A stretch of 64,000 bases of DNA, from positions 672,001 to 736,000 of the forward strand of contig CAWDVW010000005.1 in assembly GCA_963805855.1 (NCBI GenBank), given 5' to 3'. This stretch comes from Candidatus Dadabacteria bacterium (GTDB taxonomy: Bacteria; Desulfobacterota_D; UBA1144; Nemesobacterales; CSP1-2). The notes beneath the pieces are model-generated. The model did not search any database, was not told where the DNA came from, and worked only from the letters and a program-made list of their open reading frames with translations. Shown one piece after another: positions 1 to 9,958 of this stretch (positions within the stretch are counted from its first letter, which is position 1; each line of letters opens with the position of its first letter). A program made the translations under genes and the position numbers.

Positions 1-401
1 CAACCCCCAATTGCGACAATTCCGTCAAAGCCCTCAGCTCCGGCTACAGTCTCAATTGAGTCGGCAATAACCTCTCTCGAAACGAGTGAGTAGCGCATGC
101 CGGGTGTCCCCATAGATATACCATCGGAAACGGTTATGGTATTGAATATTATCGATTTCCCACCTGAACTATCCACACCCCTCGCAGCCTCCAGCGCCAG
201 CTTATCTATATGCATGTTACATGGTGTGACCATGCTCCAAGTGGAAGCGACCCCGATAATCGGCTTCTTAAAATCAACGTCCTTAAATCCAACTGCCCTA
301 AGCATCGATCTGTTCGGGGAGCGATCATCCCCCTCAACTATTATTGACGAGTATTTTCTTATACCATGTGGCTTCTTTTGACCCTTTTTTATCCTTGACA
401 A
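1..401 (-). CDS. ilvD: Dihydroxy-acid dehydratase, 5' portion (continues beyond the window start)
   Basis: Not in the ORF track. Manual minus-strand translation from TTG at 401 (GGAGG upstream) gives ...[13 protein letters not shown]...[48 protein letters not shown], the IlvD signature. Confidence 0.95.
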   Translation of the reverse strand, partial: MSRIKKGQKKPHGIRKYSSIIVEGDDRSPNRSMLRAVGFKDVDFKKPIIGVASTWSMVTPCNMHIDKLALEAARGVDSSGGKSIIFNTITVSDGISMGTPGMRYSLVSREVIADSIETVAGAEGFDGIVAIGG

Positions 402-623
402 TTTATTTCCTCCAATCTAAATCACATAAAGGTGACTATTATCTATTGAATATATGTTGATGTCAATTGCACCAACTCTCAGAATGAATCCACTCTGAAA
501 TTCGATCATCTGAAATCATAAGACCAAAAACCATGAATCGTATTTAGCAATTAGGAAAAGTTGAAAATACCTATTGCTATTATGACCAGAATCTAATATA
601 AGCAGTAAGGCAAGGAGGAATAC

Positions 624-1076
624 ATGGCAAACGTAATTCTAACAATAATTGCCGGCCTGATAGGAACCGGCGGGATGACTCTCGTGATGTGGTTAATACA
701 GAAATCCGGGATGGCTAACGCAGATATGGTCAGGGCAATCGGAAGCATATTCTCACGTAACCTGGATGAATCTTTAGCCCCGGGACTAATCATTCACTTT
801 ATTGCTGGGTCACTTATCGCATTTATCTATGTGATATTAATAAGTCTGTTCCATCCTACCTCGGTAGCCGCCACAATTGGAACAGGCGCCATGATTGGCC
901 TATTCCACGGGGTAGCTTTCAGCTTCCTGCTTGTCGTTACAGTAGCTGAGCACCACCCCCTGGAGGATTTCCGCGACGCGGGACTTGAAGTCGCTTTAGC
1001 CCACCTGGTGGGACACATTATTTACGGATTATTAGTTGGTACGGTTATAGGCATTGCAGGTGTCAGATTCTTCTAA
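624..1076 (+). CDS. Hypothetical integral membrane protein (about 4 TM helices)
   Basis: 150-aa hydrophobic ORF with AGGAGG RBS; His-containing motifs (HFIAG, FHGVA, EHHP, AHLVGHIIYG). Confidence 0.75.
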   Translation: MANVILTIIAGLIGTGGMTLVMWLIQKSGMANADMVRAIGSIFSRNLDESLAPGLIIHFIAGSLIAFIYVILISLFHPTSVAATIGTGAMIGLFHGVAFSFLLVVTVAEHHPLEDFRDAGLEVALAHLVGHIIYGLLVGTVIGIAGVRFF

Positions 1077-1260
1077 GTCTCCGGATTTATGGAAAACGAT
1101 ACCGAACCTCGTCTTTTAATCTTTTCAATCAGTTACTTCATTCCACCAATCCGTAATCGAAGCAGTGTGGCTTCCACGTTACTTTAATTTAGGCTATAAA
1201 TTATGATAAGAAGAAAGAGGGATGGGATTTACCAACCTTCCCTACCCCGAAACCCACTTT

Positions 1261-1791
1261 TTATGGCTCTCGGATTGGTTTGCAGGCGGTGCCGTCCCAG
1301 TTACCGACGATTACCCGTATCCTTCCGAATGGAGTTACAACGATCCTCCCGCATCTCGTTATCTTGCTGCCATCTGATGGTCTGATAGAAATTGATCCAC
1401 TGGAACCGCCGAGCGTACCATTAGGGTTAAAATTTATGATCTTATTGGAAGGAGTGATGCTTATTCCATTTGATACATTTAATGTTTGAGACGTTTCGGT
1501 TGTATACCTTTCTGACCCCCTGTTGCTGTCTCCGATCTGCATTGCAATGGTGAGACTCTTATTTGAGTTATCGTAACTAACAACCGCTTGATACTCTACA
1601 CCGTGCCTGGCTGATTTTAGTTTTGCGATTTGCAGCGTTGAAGAAATAGTCCTTGTTATATTATCAACTTTCCGGTTAACGAAAAACCTGGTGCCCATCG
1701 AACCTGCTATCACAATAAGCATCGATATCATCCCGGCCACGATAAGTACCTCGAGGATGTTCAAACCATTTTCTTTAACAAATTGACCCAT
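1261..1791 (-). CDS. Type IV minor pilin, FimT/FimU (GspH-like) family, paralog 1
   Basis: Prepilin motif KENG|LNILEVLIV (Glu at +5), hydrophobic helix, C-terminal FNPNGT..GRIRV pattern. Likely start is ATG 1791 after AAGGAAGGGG (track start 1815). Confidence 0.85.
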   Translation of the reverse strand: MGQFVKENGLNILEVLIVAGMISMLIVIAGSMGTRFFVNRKVDNITRTISSTLQIAKLKSARHGVEYQAVVSYDNSNKSLTIAMQIGDSNRGSERYTTETSQTLNVSNGISITPSNKIINFNPNGTLGGSSGSISIRPSDGSKITRCGRIVVTPFGRIRVIVGNWDGTACKPIREP

Positions 1792-1971
1792 TTTAGGTTC
1801 CCCTTCCTTGATCATTTTTAAATATGCGTTTCATCCCGGTAACGCACGGATGGTGCTCCATTACATGGAAAACTTTTATTTCCTGATCTGCGGAAGGGGG
1901 GACTGGGCGAAGCAAAAGCTATAAGCTTTAGTAAAGTATAAACCCATTTTCAAATATCTGGTGAAAAAATG

Positions 1972-2297
1972 GGGTGGTTGGAAAAACCTCGTCTATCGTG
2001 TGTTGGCTTGATCTATGTGCGGGGTTGAAAAACCCAGGCTATCGATTTATATCTAGATTTTAACCCCTTCCGGGAGGATAGGCAGGACCTTCCAGTCCCG
2101 ATGGTTTTCATCCAATTAGTTTTATGGAGGACTAAAGTCCTCCGCTACATTAGAAAGGGTTATAACCAATTGTAGCGGAAACCTTTAGGTTTCCATTCCT
2201 TATGTTTTATCAATGCGGGGTTGGAAAACCCCGCCTATCCATTCAAATACAAATTTTAACCCCACCACAGGATAGGCCGGACATTCGTGTCCCGCAT
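1972..2297. repeat. Cluster of REP-like palindromes (GATAG-tagged doublets and a GTAG-tagged pair)
   Basis: GCGGGGTTGGAAAACCCCGCCTATC variants at ~1972, 2019, 2215; GATAGGC.GGAC..GTCCCG at 2077, 2271; TGGAGGACTAAAGTCCTCCGCTACA 2125-2149; TGTAGCGGAAACCTTTAGGTTTCCA 2171-2195. Confidence 0.85.
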
Positions 2298-2367
2298 AGA
2301 TTAATGTTGATTAGCTGGAAAGCCTCTTAAATCAGGAGAAGGGAAAAGATCATGGTGTTGGGGTCGC

Positions 2368-3036
2368 TTACGGCTCCCTTATCGGATTGCAATCGGTGCC
2401 ATCCCAGTTACCCCTAACTACATCTACCCTCCCAAGCGATGGTGATAGCTCAACAATCCCGCATGTGTTAACCCTGGACGTGACGGTTGGCGTTACTAAC
2501 ATTGAGACCGTCTCCAGATCGGTATCAGGCTCCGGATCAGTCGTTACCGGCTCGCCATTTTGATCTACCATAAATCCCTTTGGACCGAATCCACATCGAA
2601 GAGGGTCGGTTTCCCCCATGTCAGCCATATTTAAGTTAAAGTTCTTGTTAATTTTCTTTGTCTGACTGGATACGATACACCATTTATCAGACCCTCTGTT
2701 GCTATTACCCCTTTCGAGCGTAATCGTCAGCGTGTCATCCCCCAGGGCAAAGTCGTTATAATTATTACAAAATTTGCAATTTGGGTCAGTGTCATCAATA
2801 TCATCACACTGCGAGAAGACAGCCCTGTATTCCACACCGTCCCTCGCCGATTTCATCTTTGCCATCTGAAGTGTAGAAGATATGTTCCTCGTGATATCGT
2901 TAATTGAACGGCTAACAGTAAACCGGCTAACCATAAGCCCTGCGATACCGGCAAGTAAAGATATAACACTGGCTACAATAAGGGCCTCTATAATTGTCAT
3001 GCCTCTTTGCCTTTCTTTACTATGCATGTTAGTCAT
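2368..3036 (-). CDS. Type IV minor pilin, FimT/FimU family, paralog 2
   Basis: QRG|MTIIEALIV prepilin motif. Shares ITRxISSTLQxAKxKSARxGVEY and C-terminal GNWDGTxCxPIREP with 1261-1791. Confidence 0.85.
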   Translation of the reverse strand: MTNMHSKERQRGMTIIEALIVASVISLLAGIAGLMVSRFTVSRSINDITRNISSTLQMAKMKSARDGVEYRAVFSQCDDIDDTDPNCKFCNNYNDFALGDDTLTITLERGNSNRGSDKWCIVSSQTKKINKNFNLNMADMGETDPLRCGFGPKGFMVDQNGEPVTTDPEPDTDLETVSMLVTPTVTSRVNTCGIVELSPSLGRVDVVRGNWDGTDCNPIREP

Positions 3037-3042
3037 TATAGC

Positions 3043-6000
3043 CTATAATAGCTCTTCCCAAAAATGTGTCTGCGTTCTCGTAGCGAGCTGGGGAAGCTCC
3101 AAGACGAGGAAATTCGCTCCGCCTGCTGCCGCACTACCCGAAAAGGCAACAGTCATGATCACAGAACCACGCGCTCCGAAGGTAAGCTGTGCCGGCGTCG
3201 GCATACCAAACGCAACTGTTTTTCCCACAGTAGCCGCCTGCTGGTCGGCATCTCCACCAAGAAGACTCGCCGCTCCCGGCACCCTTGCCAGAGCGGGCTC
3301 TCCTGAAAGATAATCGAGAGCAAAGAGTCTGCCCTCACCGGCGCCCGCCGCGCAAACATTCTCAGTCTCAGGATCCGGCGCGAATGTCGTAAAGAGTAAT
3401 ACTCTTTCTATGACAACAGGCGTGCCAAACCCCTTTTCTCCCATCGGACTTTCAACACTGGGATCAACCGACGTGTCAATGTTATCGGGGAATCTCACAA
3501 TAAACTCACCCTGGTTGTTTACTGTACTGCCGCCTTCCGTTGTAAATTGATCGGTAACCCCACCAAGGGGCACAATATCAATTATCTGCCCTGCGTTGAA
3601 ATCCGCCTCGGTTTTAGTAGCGGCAGGCACTGCGGAGCCCCCGGCGAGAAAAGCCGGGATAAAGGTATCTATGAAGTTATAGAGCTTTCCAAATTGGAGC
3701 GTACTGGTCGGGTTTCTTCTATTCCCAGTTAAGAATATAATATGGACCTGGCCAAGATCATCAAACACAGCCGTAGGCGCAAAGAATATGGGCGTCCTCG
3801 GACTTATAAAGGTTATAGGATCAGGTATTAGGGTCGAAGGATCCAAGCACTGAGTAATGTCCGCGGTGGCACAGAATGCTATATCACCCGTCCAATCAGG
3901 CGCGGATATATCAGCATCGCCTCTGAGACCGGTCTGAGACAAATCATCGGCGACGATCGGGAGGGAGATATCGAATCTCCAAAGCCTGCCGCAGGTATCG
4001 CCCGCGTAGGCTACATCCATATACCCATCGGCATTCAGATCAAAGACCCCCACTCTTGCTGACATATCGCATTCCATCTCAGCTAAATCTGGATCAGCGA
4101 GAGTCGAAGGTATTGGATCATCAGGGTTGAATTTAAAGACTATCTTCCCTGTGGGTATATCTATAGCATAAAATGCATCACCGAAATTAACCCCATCAGT
4201 CGGATCGGTGTCAAGGGGATCCATCCCCCCGCCCACAAACATCAACCACCTATCAACTATTACGTTGCTTCCCTGTTCCTTCATCCTCACCCTTCCAACG
4301 GTCGGTTCAGACCATGTGTTTCCAAAATCATGGTCGAACAGCGTCCAGAGGTGGGTGGGATAGTCCGGACCGTTTGTCAGATGCTTACCGATATTGCTGC
4401 AATCGGTATTCACGCCCCCGGCACATTCGACATTTGTCACATCGAGGGCAGTATAGGCTCCACCCCCGTTTCTATACCCGGATATATACAATGTGTGCCA
4501 TTCGCTTCCGCAACTATCAATCACGCCATCCAGAGCGCTGCTAGCTCCGGTACAGATTGGATCATCTATCCCATTCGAATAACCATCGACAAATATATCC
4601 GCAACCAGAGCCGACCCGTCCATGAAAGATCTCTGCTCCTTCTTCTCCGCTACAAAAGTCTTGAAGTCTCCAAACCTGTAATCCGGAGGAGTTATATCAG
4701 AAGGTGATTCAGGACCATTATCTGAAATAGAGTCCGGAAGAAAGGAAGGCGGTGCAATCCCGAATAGCTCAACGCCGGTGCCCGGATTAAAGAATGGGAT
4801 CGACTCCTCCTCAAGATTAAAGGGATTCGTTACCGTTCCCCCTAGAGGGATAGTTACTAGCTCCCCACCGTGAAATGCATGCATAAATCCGTCATTCGCA
4901 CCCACATACACCGCTGCAGACCTATCCCTGAACTGAGATGCGAAGGCCTGAAAACCAATATCAAAGAAAAGAGGCGACGGCGTACCCACCAGCACGGGCG
5001 CAGAGTGGAATATATCGCCGAGTTTCACCTGGCAGTGGCTATAGTCATCATTAGCCGTATTTCCATCGGCAAGATCAGGACAACTATACCCCATGGTATC
5101 AGCCGCAAACCCTCCCGTAGTTGGAGAACCAAGCGGGTCGCCCAGTGGGAAGATTTTCGTGTTACCGGTCATGAAATCGATTGTTTTGTCTCTTATACAG
5201 TTTTCAACGCAGTCTAAACAAGGTTGTAGTACTGGCTGCTGAAGATTTCCAGTTATAAGATCCACCGGACAATCGCCAGAACAATCCGTATAGCCGTCCG
5301 GAGGGTCTGCCGCGCAAAAGGTCGGTATCGGATCGGTTACATCAGCGTCACTTATCCCAAATTGAGCCAGATCCAGATCGGTGTTGAGTAGATTGAAATC
5401 AGCCTTATCCCCCTCATATCTGAGTCTTAAGACCTCTGAAGTGGCCAGGTCTATCTCCTCATCGATAGTAGTCGGGTCTGTTCTTATAACCGTATACAGG
5501 TGTCTCGGGTCAGACGATATGTCCCTCTCTGTAAGCAGCTTACCCGAGTCCCAGAAAAACTGCCTCGCATTTGCGTTCAGGATTCCCCTGTTGCTGAAGA
5601 TCCTGTGGGCATCAACGACCGCAGCATCAGTGAGGTCGGCACCCGGGTCTGGTTTTCTTATAACAACCTTTGAACCCGGATTCCCCGGTTCATCCACAAA
5701 ACCAAAGAGGGCAAGCCTCCCCTGCCAAAGTCTCGCCGGAGGATTAGGCGTCAGGTTTGCCAGCAGTATCCTGTCGCTTACCGCGACGCTTGCCGAGGAG
5801 GTAGGCGCTGTGGGTGCCACACCGGACGTGGGGAAATTTCCGATAAACTCGAAAATCGCATCAAGGGCCTCTATCAGCTCGGATGGATCGTCAACGAAAA
5901 AGGCAAAACTTTCGCCTAACACGGTAGAGTCGAGGGGTCCCGCGGTCTGGAAAAAGGTATTGTTAAAAATAGGGTTGGTCTGAAAAGTACATTCGCCCGT

Positions 6001-7929
6001 CAATTCATTGGGCGTTAGGCAATTCTTAAGTTGCGCACCCGAAGGGTTGGTATTGATGCCGAGAACCGTGCCAAAATCCCTGAATACCTGATCGCCTGCG
6101 CCCGGCAAAACGGTCAGCGGTTCTACCTCTCCGACCAGAACACCCTCGGGGTTGACATGCTTAATTATTCCGGTCGTATGCGTGCCCCCAGCAAGGGCCA
6201 TTGCATTCAATGTCCTCGCTGCCGAAAGACCCTTGACTCCCAGTCCGATCACAAATGTAAGCACCTCCTTCTTTATAGGACCATCGCAATTATCGTTATT
6301 TGTCACGGGATGCCTGGCGTAATACGTCCTGAGGTTGCTCGTAGCCTGTATAGAGCTCCTCATGTTCGAAAATCCGGTCACGAGAAGTGGAACACCTGCA
6401 TTAGTGGAGCATGTTTCTGAGGTACCTTGCAGTGCACAATCCCCTGAGCAGTTGTCGAGACCGCCGGTGACCACGATCAGAAACTCAGCCCGGCACTGGC
6501 AGGCGGGATCGGTTTTAAGCTCAACCCTGAATGAGTCAAGAACATCCTGGCCTATTGTGCTGTTCGCGCTGTTGTCATCGTCAAAGCCTATCGCATTTGC
6601 AAGTGGCGAACGCCCTCCCGCATGCCTGTCGCGGAAGAACTTCCATATATTAGAAAAGCTCTGTATGCTTCCACCCGCAAAACCCCCCTGTGGCTGGTCG
6701 ATAACATTATCGGTACAACTACCACTTCCGGATAGTGCCCCCGGAGGGGAGGCGTTTTTTCGTAAACCGGCAAATGTCATAGGGCGGATCCTGACGTTGA
6801 ATTCACTCGCGTCCAATGCGGTCAGCTCATTGATAAGCGGAGTGTCCGCACCATTCGTTATTGGAAGTACGGTCGTTCCAAGCTTATTAAAATCGGTCAC
6901 TATACCACTCACATCCCTGAAGGGTGTGTTCATAAACTGATCGCAACAAACCACTCCGGGTGTTGGACTAGCAGGATCGATCCCACAACTGTTATCGTCA
7001 AATGATCCAGTGAAGAGCCCCTGCGGGTCATCACACATCCGGCTTGCCAGTGAATCATCTGCGTCCAGGATATGAAAGAATGTGTTTACAACGGCGTCCC
7101 AGCGGGTGGTGCCATATTTGGGTTTTGTACAATTGGGACCACTCGTACATGAATTGGATGACTTAAGAGTAGTATTCATACAGGACTTGAAATTACCGAA
7201 TGCAGTCGCGTCATTGCACGATTTATTGGCAACGCCAGCACAATTTACGGCGCCACATGTTAGAGGCTTTGTGGGATCACCCAGATTCGCCTGATTAACC
7301 GTAATATTTTCTATTGCGGACGCAGCCTCGGCACGCTTTGGATCGTTATTGCATGCCACACGAAGGTCGGTCAAAGGAGGAAAACCCGTGCATATATTAT
7401 TCAACACATGGGTATACGCGGGGTTAACAATTGTGGCCGGATCGTATGCGTAGGTACTCTCAATACAGATTAAGAACCGATCAAAGTTCTCAGGCGTCTG
7501 GCACGTGCCCGTCTGAGATGCCGAGCAGGCAAAACTGCCGCAGGGATTTATTCCCGATGCGTTGCCGGCGCAATGCGCCAAAGCGTAGTTGGCGTTTGCC
7601 CCCGTAGCGTCCTTTAAGCTCTGAAACGAATCACAAGTGCCTAGAATACTGGTTTGAGCATTATTGGTAAAAATCACAGCGTCAGCATCCCAGTTGCCAA
7701 CCTGAGAGCCCCCGAAATTATCACCCATCGAAAGTGAACCATCGAAGAGCAGGAGAACATTCGGCTGACCACCTATGATCTGTGAGATAAGGATGTTAAG
7801 GTCCTCGACCTGGTTCTCAATAATGTCATCGCCCCTGGCGCCGGTTACAAAAACCAGAAGGGAAAACACCAGCAAGATCTTAATCTTATAAATTTTTCTC
7901 TTAAGATTGCGAAAAGTATTAAGCGTCAA
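3043..7929 (-). CDS. pilY1: PilY1/PilC-type type IV pilus tip adhesin with N-terminal vWA-like and Cys-rich region
   Basis: 1628 aa with signal peptide; VLLLFDGSLSM (MIDAS DxSxS); C-terminal PilY1 beta-propeller motifs KLGDIFHSAP, VYVGANDGFMHAF, FGNTWSEP and DLNADGYMDVAYAGD (Ca-binding loop); lies after pilVWX. Confidence 0.9.
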   Translation of the reverse strand: MTLNTFRNLKRKIYKIKILLVFSLLVFVTGARGDDIIENQVEDLNILISQIIGGQPNVLLLFDGSLSMGDNFGGSQVGNWDADAVIFTNNAQTSILGTCDSFQSLKDATGANANYALAHCAGNASGINPCGSFACSASQTGTCQTPENFDRFLICIESTYAYDPATIVNPAYTHVLNNICTGFPPLTDLRVACNNDPKRAEAASAIENITVNQANLGDPTKPLTCGAVNCAGVANKSCNDATAFGNFKSCMNTTLKSSNSCTSGPNCTKPKYGTTRWDAVVNTFFHILDADDSLASRMCDDPQGLFTGSFDDNSCGIDPASPTPGVVCCDQFMNTPFRDVSGIVTDFNKLGTTVLPITNGADTPLINELTALDASEFNVRIRPMTFAGLRKNASPPGALSGSGSCTDNVIDQPQGGFAGGSIQSFSNIWKFFRDRHAGGRSPLANAIGFDDDNSANSTIGQDVLDSFRVELKTDPACQCRAEFLIVVTGGLDNCSGDCALQGTSETCSTNAGVPLLVTGFSNMRSSIQATSNLRTYYARHPVTNNDNCDGPIKKEVLTFVIGLGVKGLSAARTLNAMALAGGTHTTGIIKHVNPEGVLVGEVEPLTVLPGAGDQVFRDFGTVLGINTNPSGAQLKNCLTPNELTGECTFQTNPIFNNTFFQTAGPLDSTVLGESFAFFVDDPSELIEALDAIFEFIGNFPTSGVAPTAPTSSASVAVSDRILLANLTPNPPARLWQGRLALFGFVDEPGNPGSKVVIRKPDPGADLTDAAVVDAHRIFSNRGILNANARQFFWDSGKLLTERDISSDPRHLYTVIRTDPTTIDEEIDLATSEVLRLRYEGDKADFNLLNTDLDLAQFGISDADVTDPIPTFCAADPPDGYTDCSGDCPVDLITGNLQQPVLQPCLDCVENCIRDKTIDFMTGNTKIFPLGDPLGSPTTGGFAADTMGYSCPDLADGNTANDDYSHCQVKLGDIFHSAPVLVGTPSPLFFDIGFQAFASQFRDRSAAVYVGANDGFMHAFHGGELVTIPLGGTVTNPFNLEEESIPFFNPGTGVELFGIAPPSFLPDSISDNGPESPSDITPPDYRFGDFKTFVAEKKEQRSFMDGSALVADIFVDGYSNGIDDPICTGASSALDGVIDSCGSEWHTLYISGYRNGGGAYTALDVTNVECAGGVNTDCSNIGKHLTNGPDYPTHLWTLFDHDFGNTWSEPTVGRVRMKEQGSNVIVDRWLMFVGGGMDPLDTDPTDGVNFGDAFYAIDIPTGKIVFKFNPDDPIPSTLADPDLAEMECDMSARVGVFDLNADGYMDVAYAGDTCGRLWRFDISLPIVADDLSQTGLRGDADISAPDWTGDIAFCATADITQCLDPSTLIPDPITFISPRTPIFFAPTAVFDDLGQVHIIFLTGNRRNPTSTLQFGKLYNFIDTFIPAFLAGGSAVPAATKTEADFNAGQIIDIVPLGGVTDQFTTEGGSTVNNQGEFIVRFPDNIDTSVDPSVESPMGEKGFGTPVVIERVLLFTTFAPDPETENVCAAGAGEGRLFALDYLSGEPALARVPGAASLLGGDADQQAATVGKTVAFGMPTPAQLTFGARGSVIMTVAFSGSAAAGGANFLVLELPQLATRTQTHFWEELL

Positions 7930-7969
7930 TCAATCCTCCTTTAGAGAAGCCTTCCTTAAACATATCGTT

Positions 7970-8596
7970 CTACTGCCCCGAATATACATTAGTGGCGCCT
8001 CCCGGAACAAAGGTTTCAAACCCCACCGCTATCTCAACACCCGTATTTATATCCGGATTGGTATCCTTCTTATCCCTGTCCATTGCGTCCTTCCCGGTCA
8101 CCAGAAAACTCGCCGGCACTGCGGATGCCCCTCCCACGCCTCCCGAAGGGAGGCTCACGTGTTTTAACGGCCTCCCCATCTGTTTTGTAGGCTCCGGCAA
8201 TTCTACAATCGGACCCGGGGGATCGGTGGGATCAGTACGTTCAAAGTTCCGAGAACCCGTCCTGCAGTATGCTTCTCCATTGGTCGGTGTTTGAGGCATT
8301 TCCAGCCCATTTTGCGGAGCACCTATTAGAATCTGATAGAACAATACCTCTATTCCCGTGGTTTCGAATACCTTTCTTGCTTCCTGCACGCACTGTTCAG
8401 CAGCAAGGAAAGCCTCCTGACCCTGCTTGTAATTTGACATTGTCTGAAAATCAATGTTCGACATGAATGAAATTGTTATTGCGAGGGTGGACATGATTAG
8501 GATCATTATCAAGGCTATTACAACCGCTATCCCGCTCTCACTCTTTTTATGATCTATGGTGATTTTACAACTGCTCATTTCTTGCCCAGATGCCAT
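7970..8596 (-). CDS. pilX: Type IV minor pilin PilX
   Basis: ESG|IAVVIALIMIL lacking Glu5 (typical of PilX/GspK), plus QEAFLAAE motif; lies between pilW and pilY1; AGGAGG RBS. Confidence 0.85.
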   Translation of the reverse strand: MASGQEMSSCKITIDHKKSESGIAVVIALIMILIMSTLAITISFMSNIDFQTMSNYKQGQEAFLAAEQCVQEARKVFETTGIEVLFYQILIGAPQNGLEMPQTPTNGEAYCRTGSRNFERTDPTDPPGPIVELPEPTKQMGRPLKHVSLPSGGVGGASAVPASFLVTGKDAMDRDKKDTNPDINTGVEIAVGFETFVPGGATNVYSGQ

Positions 8597-8614
8597 ACTT
8601 ATACCTCCTCTAAT

Positions 8615-9937
8615 TTATCCAAATTCCTCCCTCGCCAGATTTCTGACATAGACTGTGGTCGAAAATACCCTGTATATAAAACCCTCCACAGGATCCGCTA
8701 AGTTATCTGACAACTCCTTCTGAAAAACATCGCCTATCGCAGGGATGTTTTGTCCGAAAAAACCACCGGAGATCTTACGGGGCCTCGTTTGTGAACGGAC
8801 AACCAGATAGACCTCCACAGATCTTATATCGTTCACACCGCCGTATCTACCGTTATTCACAGGATCTGCGGCAATTGCAGCCTCGAGCTCATCAAAGTTT
8901 GCAAACTTCCTGTTGGCAATAGCAGAGGGGACTCCCACCTTTGTTATAACCCCGTCTGTTCCCTGAATATTAAAAATGAATTGCAGGTCAACAATGCCGG
9001 GGGCATCCGGCCCTCCTACTATAGGCTGAAATTGATCTGGGTCGCCCATATCATCAAGCGTCTGAGACATCTCCAGCTCCCTGTCGGTTAGGTCGACCCT
9101 GAAGGACTTTACATCCGCTATTGTTATCTCCGATGCCTGAAGGGCGAGCTTGGGCTTGAAAAAGTTTGTAACAAAGCTAGAGACATCGGTGAAATCGTCT
9201 TCCTGGAAGTTTTGCTCTACAATATCCGAAACGTCATCAATCTCGGCCTGATTCTGGTCGTTAATATCCACCCTTAGAATAACAGAGCACTCTGTACATT
9301 TCTCGGGTTCTGAATTGCAATCCACAATCGGGGCCAGGGGGGGATTGGGATTGGGATAGCAGAGATTGAACCTCGAGCGGGCACCAATTAGGCCCCCGTC
9401 CTGTATGAGCGGCGGATTCCTGTTATTTCCCGACGCATCTTTGAACCATTCCGTGGGCAGGTTTAAGACCAATGGAGGCCCATCGCTGGCTATGCTTACA
9501 ACTCCTGCTACCGACGGCAGAAGGGTACAGGAGGAACCATTTCTAGTTCCTCCGTCGCATATTCTATTTTCACAGTGCCCACCTGGGCAATCATCGTTTC
9601 TCCCCTCGGTTATATCCCATGTGTATACGGTCAAACAGTCAGGAGGTGAATTCTTACCTGTATCAGTTGTATTATCATCGCACTGCGGAGTCACACCGCT
9701 CCCACCATTTTCGAAATCGATTGAGAATGTTTTCCCCTGTCTCGAGCCGGCATTTCTGACTTCTGATGCGATGAAATCAAGGGCTGCCCTGGCGGTGTGA
9801 TCGACATCGACTATATCCTGCGTGAGATTATACTGCCTTTGTTGTTGAACAAGGGCAAGCGTCATGCCCGTTATGATAAGGGAAAAGATTGCAGCAGAAA
9901 CCAGCAGTTCAATGATTGTAAAGCCCTTTGAGTTCAT
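8615..9937 (-). CDS. pilW: Type IV minor pilin PilW (large, Cys-rich)
   Basis: SKG|FTIIELLVS; ARAALDFIASEVRNAG, GIVDLQF and C-terminal FSTTVYVRN, all PilW-like motifs. Confidence 0.88.
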   Translation of the reverse strand: MNSKGFTIIELLVSAAIFSLIITGMTLALVQQQRQYNLTQDIVDVDHTARAALDFIASEVRNAGSRQGKTFSIDFENGGSGVTPQCDDNTTDTGKNSPPDCLTVYTWDITEGRNDDCPGGHCENRICDGGTRNGSSCTLLPSVAGVVSIASDGPPLVLNLPTEWFKDASGNNRNPPLIQDGGLIGARSRFNLCYPNPNPPLAPIVDCNSEPEKCTECSVILRVDINDQNQAEIDDVSDIVEQNFQEDDFTDVSSFVTNFFKPKLALQASEITIADVKSFRVDLTDRELEMSQTLDDMGDPDQFQPIVGGPDAPGIVDLQFIFNIQGTDGVITKVGVPSAIANRKFANFDELEAAIAADPVNNGRYGGVNDIRSVEVYLVVRSQTRPRKISGGFFGQNIPAIGDVFQKELSDNLADPVEGFIYRVFSTTVYVRNLAREEFG

Positions 9938-9958
9938 TAACGCCTCCGTATTTTTTAG

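Noticed and set aside
97-381. Track ORF 97-381 (+) and the many other antisense ORFs (e.g. 5381-5983, 6335-6940, 34841-35509, 40649-41149)
   Set aside because: Shadow frames opposite well-supported genes (ilvD, pilY1, prfB, aroC), with no motifs of their own.
1972-2297. Repeat cluster as a possible CRISPR array
   Set aside because: Units differ in sequence and orientation, spacing is irregular, and there are no cas genes; it fits REP-like palindromes.
3043-7929. Two RGD tripeptides in PilY1 as integrin-binding sites
   Set aside because: One lies at the predicted signal-peptide junction, chance occurrence is plausible in 1628 aa, and nothing indicates an animal host.
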